Made by a program: the position numbers and the translations under genes. A DNA stretch of 64,000 bases from Schizochytrium sp. TIO01 (taxonomy: Eukaryota; Protista; Bigyra: Labyrinthulomycetes): the NCBI GenBank assembly GCA_004764695.1, contig SMSO01000032.1, positions 8,092,483 through 8,156,482 of the forward strand, written 5' to 3'. The stretch's first letter is position 1, and each line of letters opens with the position of its first letter. Positions 22,308 through 32,844 of this stretch are shown here, in pieces. The notes under the pieces are model-generated. The model had not been told where the DNA came from and did no database searches. It was given only the letters and a program-made list of their open reading frames with translations.

Positions 22308-23013
22308 TCTACAAGGATCCTCTGATAAAAACTTATAAACTATGGTTTTTTCGTACATTTTGCACTTAACTTACAGGAATGAAAAAAGTTATTAAAGCAA
22401 TATATTAAAGAATACAACGATTATGCATTCTGCGCGTGACCGTCGTAGGAGCACGCGGAGCAACACCCTGAAATACTATCTTGAATTTGCATTCACGCAA
22501 GCAAAAACCGTAAATACGATACCGCAAAGAATTTTTAAAAGGGATTTCTTACAATTTAACAAACGACAGAACAGCTATCCTAATCATGATAGAATAAAAA
22601 GATGAGAAACTGTATGAGGATAGGAAGACGCTTTATTTTAAACAAGTGAAACATGGCCTTACAATTTCGTTTACTGTCGAAACGCATTATTGATGTAATT
22701 GTCGTGATCATTAAGTTTATCTTTTGCTCTCAGGTACTTCGCATTTTGTTGGTAGAAGTAGTAATCCTGTTGATTTGCTAACTAGCCAGCTCGCTTCGTT
22801 GCCTTGCAATCGTCTTGCGTGTTGTTGTTACATTCAATCAATCAGTTGGTGTTAATGGTCCCCCTCGGACTGTAGTGTATTGATGATTAACAAACAGAAA
22901 ACAGTGCAGATAAGGATGTGACAGGGGGTGGAAGGAACGCAACAATGGATGGGACCCAATGATGCAAACCTGTATTTTTCAGATCAGCCCCTGAAAAATT
23001 TAAGCACTGTGCA

Positions 23014-25017
23014 TTATGCCTCATCATTACCATTTTCAAGAGGTTTAGAAGAGGTCTGAATAACAGTTTCCACGACCATTGCCCCATCAGAGCCTTGTTG
23101 CTGCTTCTTCATCATTTCGCGCCGTTTAGCAGCCATCATCTCTTTAATGGACGGTTTTTTACTGTCACGTTGTGTAGCCTTTTGTACGATAGACAGAACT
23201 TGAGATGCATCTGCAGACGAAAGAGACTCTTTCGCTAACTCTTCAAATCGTTCTTTACGAAGAACTGCATGAAGGATTCTCAAACTCTCCTGGGCCGGTT
23301 TTTTGGCATCTACAGAGCGACTGCTCTCAAGATCTGCAAAACTGGTAACTAAAGTTTTGGCAAGCTCATCATCGGCAAAAACATCATTAGAGCTGTCAAT
23401 TTCCTTAGCAACGAGTTTTGCCTTTCGGGTCTTGGCCAAATTACGAAGACAGATTGTGGCATATTTGGATACAACAGTGCAAACCTTAGCGCTCTTGCTT
23501 GTGGAATGAAAGAGAAGAGATTTGAGTACGGCAATACTTGCGGCGGCAGCCACCATTTCGTCCAAAACAGCCTCGCCGGCTGAGGCAATGAAGCGCTTAT
23601 CGTTCACACTTTTGATAATGACGGCGTCAACGACAGCCTGCATAGTATCCTGGTCGAGGATGAGGCGCTGCTCAAGATTATGAAAGCACGCTTGGATAGC
23701 GTATAGTGCATTGCGGCTTTGTGCGGAGCGGAGTGACTCAACACTTTGTTTGAGAAATAGCAACACCTTCTTTAAGTTTGGTTCGATGTAGGACTTAGTT
23801 TCTTCAGGGTGAAAAGTAACAAGGCGACGAAGCAACGTGGCTGCATCATGCTGCTCCGACCACTCTTCGCTATCGAGCAGCTTGTCAAGACGCTCACATT
23901 CCCTCGAAGCTTCATCCTCACCATCAATCTTTGTTAGGTCTTCTGGCTCAACAACGTCAGCAACATAGATATCTCCTGAAGGACCCGGTGCTTGTCCAGG
24001 GTCTTCGAGAGGCACAGCCGAGCCACGATGGTCAGACGCGCCCATACCCGCCTGGTCGTCACCCTTTTTCAATTCTTCTGTTTCCTCGCCCTTGGTTTTC
24101 CTCGAAACTTTCTTTTTCCCCTCCTTCTTTGGCGTTGCTGCTGCACTAGTCGGAGTCGCCGATGCTGACGATTCCGAGCTCACCGTCGCGCTCGATTCCG
24201 CTCGCGACGAGGACTTGGCTCCACGCCTGGCCTTCTCGCTTTTCTCTGTGCTAGAGTCCTGATCAGACACGTTCGACACGATCAACACGTTTTCCTTTGC
24301 GTTTCCAATGAGTTCATCTGCAGCCACAGTCGCAGACCTGCCCTTGGCTTTACCCCGGACCGTGCGGGGTTTGCGAACAGGCGTCTTGAGACCCTTTATC
24401 AAAGATCCCTTTCGCTTGCGTTGCCGCGAGCGCGTGTTATACGCAACGGGCTCGTAGACGTCCATATACTTGGTCAAAAACAGCGAGCAAAGGAGCTCGC
24501 TGATCCGCGCAATCAAGCCCGCTTCTTGAGGACGTGGCTGGATTAGTTGCTGTTGTTGCCGCTCCTGTCGCCGAATACGACGCTGTTCCTGCTTTTCACG
24601 ACGAGATTCTTCGTCCTCTTGACTGTCGTCCTCTTCGGAGTCGGGGTCTGAGTCTGTTTCCTTGGATTCAACTTCCTCGTGGTTCTGGATTCTCACAAAA
24701 TCACCGAACTCCTCGAGCTGCTCCTGTTCTTGAAGAAGATCCTGCTGGTGATGCAATCCCTGCTCGAGGTTGCAGACGTTAACGTTGACAGAGTTTGCGC
24801 GCCGCTTGGGGTCGCTCTCGCCCGCCCCAGGGCGCTTCAAACGCTGCGTTTTGGGTTTGGATTCCAAGGGTGCTGGAGCCTCGAACCTTAGTCCAAGTGC
24901 TCCTGCAACACGGTTCACGCTTTCGCTTCCGGAAAGGTATACAATTGCCAAAAGGCCAAGCACAACTCGAAGTTTCTTCTCCTGAGACTCTGAGAAGCTA
25001 CTGTGCTCCTTGGACAT
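23014..25017 (-). CDS. single TOG/CLASP-N HEAT-repeat protein with long disordered N-terminus
   Basis: WSEQHDAATLLRRLVTFH, SLRSAQSRNA and NDKRFI are TOG (CLASP/TOGARAM-like) intra-HEAT motifs. The 667-aa ORF starts with ATG. Confidence 0.75.
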   Translation of the reverse strand: MSKEHSSFSESQEKKLRVVLGLLAIVYLSGSESVNRVAGALGLRFEAPAPLESKPKTQRLKRPGAGESDPKRRANSVNVNVCNLEQGLHHQQDLLQEQEQLEEFGDFVRIQNHEEVESKETDSDPDSEEDDSQEDEESRREKQEQRRIRRQERQQQQLIQPRPQEAGLIARISELLCSLFLTKYMDVYEPVAYNTRSRQRKRKGSLIKGLKTPVRKPRTVRGKAKGRSATVAADELIGNAKENVLIVSNVSDQDSSTEKSEKARRGAKSSSRAESSATVSSESSASATPTSAAATPKKEGKKKVSRKTKGEETEELKKGDDQAGMGASDHRGSAVPLEDPGQAPGPSGDIYVADVVEPEDLTKIDGEDEASRECERLDKLLDSEEWSEQHDAATLLRRLVTFHPEETKSYIEPNLKKVLLFLKQSVESLRSAQSRNALYAIQACFHNLEQRLILDQDTMQAVVDAVIIKSVNDKRFIASAGEAVLDEMVAAAASIAVLKSLLFHSTSKSAKVCTVVSKYATICLRNLAKTRKAKLVAKEIDSSNDVFADDELAKTLVTSFADLESSRSVDAKKPAQESLRILHAVLRKERFEELAKESLSSADASQVLSIVQKATQRDSKKPSIKEMMAAKRREMMKKQQQGSDGAMVVETVIQTSSKPLENGNDEA

Positions 25018-25640
25018 TCAGTGAGTTAAGACTCCTGAGTTCTGACCCAACCTTTCTTGCGAAGTCCTCGACCAAATTAGGCTCGATCCGTTAAATCAAA
25101 GAACCTGTATCGATCATAAACTTCCCTCGCTTCTTCGGTGCAAACTCTTTTGTAGTAAGGTCTCCAACTTGCTCAAGTCCACGCCGATCTCGACGCCCAC
25201 AGCACCTTCGCACAGGCTTCTGATCTCACCTATCAATCCCTTAAGAGTAACTAACTTAATAGTGCGCGTAATACGGGCGCTGCGCAACGAATGCCGGTCA
25301 CTCGCTGCCCAATGCCGGTGCGACCGTGGTATCGAGCTACCTCCGGCCAGCTAATCCCGCACGTGTGTTTAGACTTAGCTCTGGGGGGGTGCACCTGCGT
25401 GTTCCTGACCGCCGCCGCCGTCCCAGGTGCGCGCGAGCGGACTTGGTTGGCCGATTGCCGAGCCTCTGCTTCTCGCCTTGGCTGGTTGCCGGCGGTTTGC
25501 AAAGCCCGTATTTTATTTCAAACTCTGTACTTTATTCTCGCTCTCTGCTTGGCCGCCTTTGCGCCCAGGTATTTTAATGAGCCCAGCTTTGCCCTGTACC
25601 AATAGCCCCAGCTACCGTTTACTCTACGAGGTATTCTTTA

Positions 25641-25770
<130 letters not shown>

Positions 25771-25774
25771 GGGG

Positions 25775-25806
25775 TTTCCTTTTCCTTTTCCTTTTCCTTT
25801 TCCTTT
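25775..25806. repeat. (TTTCCT)~5 microsatellite
   Basis: tttccttttccttttccttttccttttccttt directly after the AAAG tract. Confidence 0.85.
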
Positions 25807-26622
25807 ACTTCTTGTTTCTTTTCTGCACGCACTTGAAGTTGATAGATCGGCGAGGCTCTCGTGGTTGGAGTTCTGCAGGATCGACTTCAGCACGGGTATT
25901 CGTTTTGCTCGGCGTCTTCGAGGCTGCTTTCAGGCATGACTCGTGTCGTCGCTTTTTTGTGCAGTGAAGGCATTCATTTCTTTACAAAAAACCTGATTCT
26001 TCGTTATCTTATATGTTATTTGTTAGTTACTTTGTTACTTAGTTAGTTACTTTGTTAGTTAGCCTGTTTCACATTGCGGAGTTCTTCTTAACGTTGTTAT
26101 CGTCTATTTGCCCTACTTTTAACTAAAATCAAAAGAAGAAGAAAGCAAAAGGTTACCATAACATAATAAAATGACTCGAACGACTGTGATATGACGAGAC
26201 CCCAAAACAAGAAAACTTTGCTTTTTGTTGCATTAATTTTCATGCTAAAAATAATAAAAATAATAATAATAAAAATAATAAATAAATAATAAAAACCAAA
26301 TTGGTATTTATTGTTTCTTTCTCCGATCAGAAACTCGTCGCCGAGCATGCGCTGGGAGCCCCAGAAGTTGTTGGGGCAGTGGACTTTTCCTCGCACCGGC
26401 GCCCGCCAGAGCTCCCAAAGGCTCCTGTGACCACCCCGCGAGCTTCTTTCCCCCAGGCGATCGAGCGCAACCAATTAACTAATCGCCGTTTCTTTCTTCG
26501 CCTTCATTTCTTCGCTCCATCATCCTACAAAACCATTTTCCTTTTCAATCAGCGCATTTTAATACGCGCGTCCTAAACTCCATTTTCGGACGCCTCATGC
26601 TAATGATGACGCAGACAGACTA

Positions 26623-27090
26623 GACGGCAATAAAAGACGCCGCCCCGGAGAAAGAACGGCTGTGGAAATAGCATGAGGAACCTCGACCCGATAAGAACGA
26701 TTCGGCGGTAAGCAGAGGAACCTCGCGTGTAACTGTCGCTGTTCTCCCGCGCGTTCTGTCCGAAAATGGGTTAAAATACGCCTCGCTGGCGAGCGCCACG
26801 AAGCCTGTGCAGGTGGCGCTCAAGAAGAACCAGCCGAGTTGGGAGCCAAGCCCGCTGCTGGTGCTCCTCGTCAACGACGATTCCCTGGAGGGGACGTGAG
26901 GTTGGCAGACCCCAAGTTCTCAGGTTAGTCCACGGCGGCCAGCGCTACTTTGCAGCAGCGGAACTGGGTGCTCAGGCAGTCGGGATCCCGGCTCACCTGT
27001 GTCGAGATGCCTATTGGTCCTAGTGCCGCAGTACTTTCATGGGTTCCTGGACTCGTTCATTCCGTGGCGAACGAACAAGCCCGTCTTGAG
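26623..27090 (+). pseudogene. possible decayed SNF2-type helicase C-terminal fragment
   Basis: GC-rich, coding-like DNA with internal stops. Manual translation gives VLSENGLKYASL...QVALKKNQ...PLLVLLVNDDSLEG* and, after a frameshift, AAAELGAQAVG, echoing HelicaseC motifs IV-VI. Confidence 0.25.
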
Positions 27091-27346
27091 GCACCCGACT
27101 GCTTGCATGCGCTCACGTCTTGAAGCACCGCATTGCGTGGCATGTCCAGACTGCACCCGCGTTGATCGGCCTCGCTTCGTTGCAGCTCGCGAGCAGAAGA
27201 GAGGTTCACGAGTTCTGCGATTTCATTGTTATTTGACCAGTAAGCGAGCTCTAATAAGAGGGGGTTTCATGCATGCGCCAGACTCCAACTTCCTTGGCAA
27301 GAGCTGCCCGCCCCCTTACAGCGCCGCGCTGCCCGAGAGAACGGAA

Positions 27347-27372
27347 GGCAGGCAGGCAGGCAGGCAGGCAGG
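27347..27372. repeat. (GGCA)n microsatellite
   Basis: ggcaggcaggcaggcaggcaggcagg. Confidence 0.85.
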
Positions 27373-28267
27373 TCCTGAAGATGGCCGCGCTCTTCTCGGC
27401 GAAGCGAAGAGTGGCCTCAAGGTATCACGAGGCGCCGAGAACTGCAACTTCTTGAAGGTGATGCTTTGTGTATTTCGGGTCACTCAACGGAACCATGGAA
27501 AGGCTAGGAGTGCGCTTACCCGGAATAATAGGAGTCGGCCGGAGCAGAGTAGAAGGCGCCTTAACATTGTAAAGGTGATACCTGGAATTGAGAATGAAAT
27601 GCGACAGCGGAGAGCCCGATAGTACCTGCCACGCACCAGCAAAGAGCAAGCCGGTGACGGAGAACTTAAGCCGCCGAGATTGGCGACCATGGATGGTTAA
27701 TTTGGCTTGGATCGAAGAAAGCAATCGCGAAGGATAAATGGAAATGCAGGAAGGCGTGAGCTGGGGGTGGTCAGATTCGCATCAGGGTCAGCCAATCATC
27801 ATAGTGATATGCACATTGCTTTGGCGTGTAGGTATCGTTTTGCAAAGAGAACCCACGCATAGTGAAGACGAACCTGCTACCATGGCAATTTAAAGAAGTT
27901 GCCTTGCTTTTGATCTCCTTTGTGCAGTGGGTGATACCGTATTGGGGATTTGGGATGAGGATTTTATAATAATAAGCACTTCGAGCAGCTATGGACATCG
28001 CATGCCAAGTACTCTCAGCCTACATGGTTCGCAGATGCTGTGATGATGAGTGAGCTCTTACGTGCCGCTTGGATTTGTTCAGAAAAGACAAAGAAGAGTG
28101 AAACCAAGATCAGCAATATGCTGTTTTTAATGAGGTTATGCTTTCCAACTGCCCTCTACATATATCGTAGTGGAGCGCGTGTCAAAACAAAAAACTTGCG
28201 ACGAGAGTTGCATAGCAGAGTCGTCAATCAACCTTGTGCATAGATGATATCCACATAATTGTGATTG

Positions 28268-28300
28268 CCATGACGTGACATGGCATGACATGACATGGCA
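28268..28300. repeat. imperfect (CATGR)n pentamer repeat
   Basis: ccatgacgtgacatggcatgacatgacatggca. Confidence 0.7.
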
Positions 28301-29022
28301 CCTAACACCACCATCAAGCATCTGCTATTGGCGCTGCTCACACTAGCACACCATCTTCGCAAAGGCACCGTCCTGAATGGAAGGATCTTTCTCAGAAGCA
28401 CTCGCTCACCGTCCCTAGCAGAGTCTTGCCGCAATTGCCATCTTTCGATGCTCGTCACTACAACTTTGCGATATCTTGATCCAAGTTTTCCTCTCTAGAG
28501 AGCTGCAAATTAAACTTTACAGGCGAAGGACAGAGCCGCCTCGTCATCGCCTTAGCTCAGGGACGTTGCCACACGCGGTCTTGTAAGCTCATCTTTTAGA
28601 CCTCTCGGGAGTAAATACATTTCCAAGTCGATGATACTATCACCGGACCAAGTGTATCTGTTCACGGCGCTGGTGACATACGCTCTTCTAGAGAGAATAA
28701 TAGGAGTGCAATAAGAGTGCGTACTAGACTCAAGAAGGAGGAACTAAGAATGAGGAGTCTAGGACACACAGGAACTAGAAACAAGAAACTCGAGAAGAGC
28801 TTTATCGCTTCGAATTAGCTGGATCAGAACGAGAACTCAGACGCTCTCTGCAAGTGTGGAAAGCACCTTCTGGCACGCGCTTTAGCAAAGGGCGAGATTT
28901 AAGGTTTGGATTAGCTCGAGACAGCGTCACGAGCAAAGCGAAAGGGAGGAAGTAAACTTGAATTAGATCATAGCCAAACTTTGAGTGCTTGTGGCTGGCT
29001 GGCTATAGCTAGGATTGAGACT

Positions 29023-30510
29023 ATGGGGTGCGAGGAAAAGAGCCCAGAGCAAGTCGATGTCGCGGTGATTGGCGGTGGTGTTGTAGGATGCGCAATTGCG
29101 AGAGAACTGTCCAAGTATAAGATTGGAAAGATTGTTGTGCTTGAGAAAGATTCTGACGTATCTCAAGGAGCAAGCAAAGCGAATTCTGGTATTGTGCACG
29201 GAGGATATGACGCGAAGCATGGCACGCTCAAGTCCAAGCTCAGCCGTCGTGGTAATCTCATGTTTCCTCAACTACACCGAGAGCTCAACTTTGGATACCG
29301 TCAGATTGGCTCTCTCGTGCTTGCGTTTACAGATGCAGAAATGCAAGAGCTTGAAAACCTTGCAGTAAACGGTAAACTTAATGGCGTAGATGATCTTGAG
29401 ATCATCGATGGTGAAAAAGTTCGTGAGCTTGAGCCACACGTCAGTATTGGGGTCAAAGCTGCATTGCACTGCCCTTCTGCGGCTATCGTGACTCCCTATG
29501 AGTACTGTTTCGCCCTGGCTGAGAATGCTATTGCGAATGGAGTCAAACTTGAGGTAAATGCTCAAGTTATCAACGTGGAGCATCTCCGGGCGCTTCGTGG
29601 TGGCAACCCAATTTACCGTGTAGAGACTAAGTCAGGCAAGGTTTTTGATGCTAAGTACATTGTGAATGCTGCAGGCCTCTACGCAGATACGATTGCATCG
29701 ATGGCAGGTGCTTCGCTTCAATATAAGATCATGCCACGTAAGGGGCAGTTTGTCATTTTAGAAAAGAGTCAAGGCTATCTCGCCAATCGTGTGATTTTCC
29801 AAACACCTACTATCCGTTGGGGTAAAGGCATCTTGGTGTCCCCAACTGTCACAGGCAATTTGTTGCTCGGCCCTTCTGCCTCTGAGCAGCGGGATAAAGA
29901 AGAGCGAGATACAGACATGAACGAACTTGCTTACGTCGCTTGGTCTGCCCGTCGTTCCGTTCCGCATCTTGATACGCGGGAACATCTTACCACATTCGCA
30001 GGACTACGCGCGCGTGGACCTCGCAATGATTTCATCATCGAGGAAGATGAGATCTTGAAAGGCTTTATTCATGTTGCAGCCATTGAAAGCCCGGGTCTCA
30101 CAAGCTCTCCAGCAATTGCTGAACTCGTGCGGGACCTCTTGTTCAAAGCTGGGCTCGAGGTTGAAAAACGAGACGACTTCAACCCTATACGCCGCCACCC
30201 TGTACATCAGAAGCAAGGCAAGGTTTGTGACGATGATGAACGTATCGTCTGCCAGTGCGAGGGAATCACAGAGGGGCAGATTCGCCAAGCGATTCGTCAA
30301 GCAGGTATCCCAATTACTGCAACAGACTCAGTGAAATGGCGTACCCGCGCTGGTATGGGCCACTGCCAAGGTGCAAGATGCCGTTCCGAGGTTGCTGACA
30401 TCATTGCCCAAGAGCTCAATGATGGCACAGAATTCCAAGATGTTCCCAAGCGAGTGCAAACGACTACCACCCCTAACCGCGTCCAGCGAAAGGGCTTGGC
30501 GAAACTTTGA
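29023..30510 (+). CDS. bacterial-type FAD-dependent oxidoreductase (GlpA/LhgO-like, DAO family) with C-terminal BFD-like [2Fe-2S] domain and PTS1
   Basis: VIGGGVVG FAD motif, GASKANSGIVHGGYD, VNAAGLYAD, GKGILVSPT..GNLLLGP, IESPGLTSSPAIA, and BFD motif VCQCE...RAGMGHCQGARC. The protein ends in AKL*. ATG at 29023. Confidence 0.9.
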   Translation: MGCEEKSPEQVDVAVIGGGVVGCAIARELSKYKIGKIVVLEKDSDVSQGASKANSGIVHGGYDAKHGTLKSKLSRRGNLMFPQLHRELNFGYRQIGSLVLAFTDAEMQELENLAVNGKLNGVDDLEIIDGEKVRELEPHVSIGVKAALHCPSAAIVTPYEYCFALAENAIANGVKLEVNAQVINVEHLRALRGGNPIYRVETKSGKVFDAKYIVNAAGLYADTIASMAGASLQYKIMPRKGQFVILEKSQGYLANRVIFQTPTIRWGKGILVSPTVTGNLLLGPSASEQRDKEERDTDMNELAYVAWSARRSVPHLDTREHLTTFAGLRARGPRNDFIIEEDEILKGFIHVAAIESPGLTSSPAIAELVRDLLFKAGLEVEKRDDFNPIRRHPVHQKQGKVCDDDERIVCQCEGITEGQIRQAIRQAGIPITATDSVKWRTRAGMGHCQGARCRSEVADIIAQELNDGTEFQDVPKRVQTTTTPNRVQRKGLAKL

Positions 30511-30906
30511 TGCCCTAATTTTTTTGAGAGATCAAAGTACCAATATCTCTATATGGCGGTATCTTCTCTTACTCACTTCTATGCAGGTCGTCTCGTCTAT
30601 CTATTTCATTAATTCATTTATTCCTCATAGACAAAAATTTAACTTTAAAACAAATATGTTCTGTCTATCCTCTTATACTTTAAGCCGGACAGCGATAGAT
30701 CATAAATAAACTCTATCTCTGGCTATATCTCAACAAGGATTGATAATCAAGTTCTGTTTTGATAAATGTCTTTCTCTCGAAGCAATGTAATGTTCAGTAT
30801 AATTCTTTTGTTAATTTTCAATCATGGTAGGTATAAATTGCTTGCTTGCTTTCTGACAAAACAGGCTTAGATACTGGTCTTCACTATAATACAAGAAGTT
30901 GATGGC

Positions 30907-32844
30907 CTACTTTACCTTTTCTTGTGCTGTTGTCTGTGTCACAAACTTGATTTCTTGATAGCACTGGAAGGCCACACCAGCATACACTAACATAGCTAGT
31001 CCATCGTTCACAGTAACTCCATCAAAGCTATGAAAAACGTTGTGGAGAGAAACAGCCATCAAGAATGCAAATGCTAGTTTATGTGTCCCTAAACGCCATT
31101 TTATTGAGATGCAGGACATAATCAGAAGGCCAACAAGCATGAGCGCTGCAAAAATGAGGGCTTGCTCTTGGCTACGGCAGTATCTAGTTTTTGAACCACT
31201 TTCACACGTTTGAACTAAAACAGTGATGCGACGCATGACTTCCCAGATCGTCCAAATCATTAATGGGTAGCTGGGGGCTTGCCAGTAGACAGACGCTTCA
31301 GCGGGTAACGACTGCTCTTGATGGAAATTGATAAATTTTGCCTCATCTGCACCAAAAAGTCGCTCCCCAAGTTCTAAGAGACAATTATCCTTTGGTGATG
31401 AGGGCGGAGTGGGCCGCGATCTGCTCTCGCTGCTAGTAATCTCGAGACGAGCAGTAATCATATCGTATACCTTGTCGAGTAGATCGAGCACCTTCACACC
31501 ACGAGCAGTGACTTCTTCTGCATGATACTTCAGTGCAAGTTGAAATGATTTTGCTACTTTATTCTGAGAATGAGCAGTGCCTCGCGAGAATGGCTGCATG
31601 TGTCGCAGGGAGTTGACATGGTGCCTAATATTTTGGTCATCGCACAAAGCATTGAAATGAGTCTCCCATCGTCTTATTGCATATTTAATTTGTTTTCGAT
31701 AGTGCCAAAGCTGATCGGTTTTGAGGCAAGCAAAAAAGCCCAGTTTTTCGAGTTCTACAACAATGTTGAGCACTTCGGAGGGAAACTGCGGTTTCTCCCC
31801 GAGTGCCACATAATCATCAAAAAATGTTGCGCCGCAGAGATTATCTAGTAGTGCGCACAGAGCTGTCTGCCCTTGAGTGTTCTGCTTGCGAGGGTTGATA
31901 GCAATTTGATGACTTGCTACTCTTAAGAGGTGATCTACAGCTGCCACAGGAGGATGCCGCTCCTGCAAAAGCTTTATGAGGAGTGTATCTCGACTCGCTG
32001 CAGAGACAAGCTCATCAGCATGCAGTTTCCCGCTAGAGAAAAACAAATTAATGATACTTTCTTGCGATGGAACGTCGCATTGTACATGTAAAGCTCGGGT
32101 GGCAAGAAAGGCAATAGCCGCGGATGCGCGGCTTTCATGCTGGAGTACGCGCTTTAGAGTTTTCACAAGTTCCTCCTCGAAATGCGCTTCCCAGACGAGA
32201 CCATCACCCAAAGCGTCGAATGTTGTCTCTGGTGTCTTGATGGCCTGGAGAAAGTCTGTAAGGTAATCTCTGCTCGAGCTGGTAGGTGTTGATGCTCGGG
32301 GTCGCCCAAAGAGTGGAACCGTGGTAAACCCACTCGGCTTTGGTGTACTGGACATGCTTCTTTTGCGAGTGGCTTCAGTATCACCTAAAGGCTTTGTTTC
32401 GGCATCAATGCATAGCTCACCAGCTTCACGTTTTGACCTCCAGGTCTTCAAGATTCTTTTGGTTCGAATTGGAATTTGATGTGGCAAGCTAGGCTTTTGT
32501 GCGGGTTTCGTTTCCTGATGTACAGCTGCAAGATTATTGGACACGTTTTCAATGCCAAAAAGGTTTGTATAGAGTTTTTCTCCTTCGCAGCCTTGCTTCA
32601 TCTCGCCGCAAGAGTCCAGCAGCTGCGATGCGCAATCTGATTGAGCTTGTTTGTGATGATTTGTTTTCGCGGATTCTCGCGTTGGTTTTCGGCGTACAAG
32701 ACCAGATTTGCGAGCAGCTCCTTGGATTACAGCTACGCTCCATCTGCGAGCGGTTTTGGCAGTCGAAATGGCTGCTGCAGTTTTAAGAGCTGTTGGCGAC
32801 GTTACTTGCGAAGCTGGAGATATTATGCTCAGGTTCTTGGCCAT
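30907..32844 (-). CDS. hypothetical protein with disordered N-terminus and ~4 C-terminal TM helices
   Basis: Long open frame (645 aa from ATG 32844) with hydrophobic C-terminal segments and one ankyrin-like stretch, NTQGQTAL. Confidence 0.65.
   Translation of the reverse strand: MAKNLSIISPASQVTSPTALKTAAAISTAKTARRWSVAVIQGAARKSGLVRRKPTRESAKTNHHKQAQSDCASQLLDSCGEMKQGCEGEKLYTNLFGIENVSNNLAAVHQETKPAQKPSLPHQIPIRTKRILKTWRSKREAGELCIDAETKPLGDTEATRKRSMSSTPKPSGFTTVPLFGRPRASTPTSSSRDYLTDFLQAIKTPETTFDALGDGLVWEAHFEEELVKTLKRVLQHESRASAAIAFLATRALHVQCDVPSQESIINLFFSSGKLHADELVSAASRDTLLIKLLQERHPPVAAVDHLLRVASHQIAINPRKQNTQGQTALCALLDNLCGATFFDDYVALGEKPQFPSEVLNIVVELEKLGFFACLKTDQLWHYRKQIKYAIRRWETHFNALCDDQNIRHHVNSLRHMQPFSRGTAHSQNKVAKSFQLALKYHAEEVTARGVKVLDLLDKVYDMITARLEITSSESRSRPTPPSSPKDNCLLELGERLFGADEAKFINFHQEQSLPAEASVYWQAPSYPLMIWTIWEVMRRITVLVQTCESGSKTRYCRSQEQALIFAALMLVGLLIMSCISIKWRLGTHKLAFAFLMAVSLHNVFHSFDGVTVNDGLAMLVYAGVAFQCYQEIKFVTQTTAQEKVK

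Noticed and set aside
26999-27622. 207-aa ORF
   Set aside because: GTG start, runs through a (GGCA)n repeat, and has no domain signal
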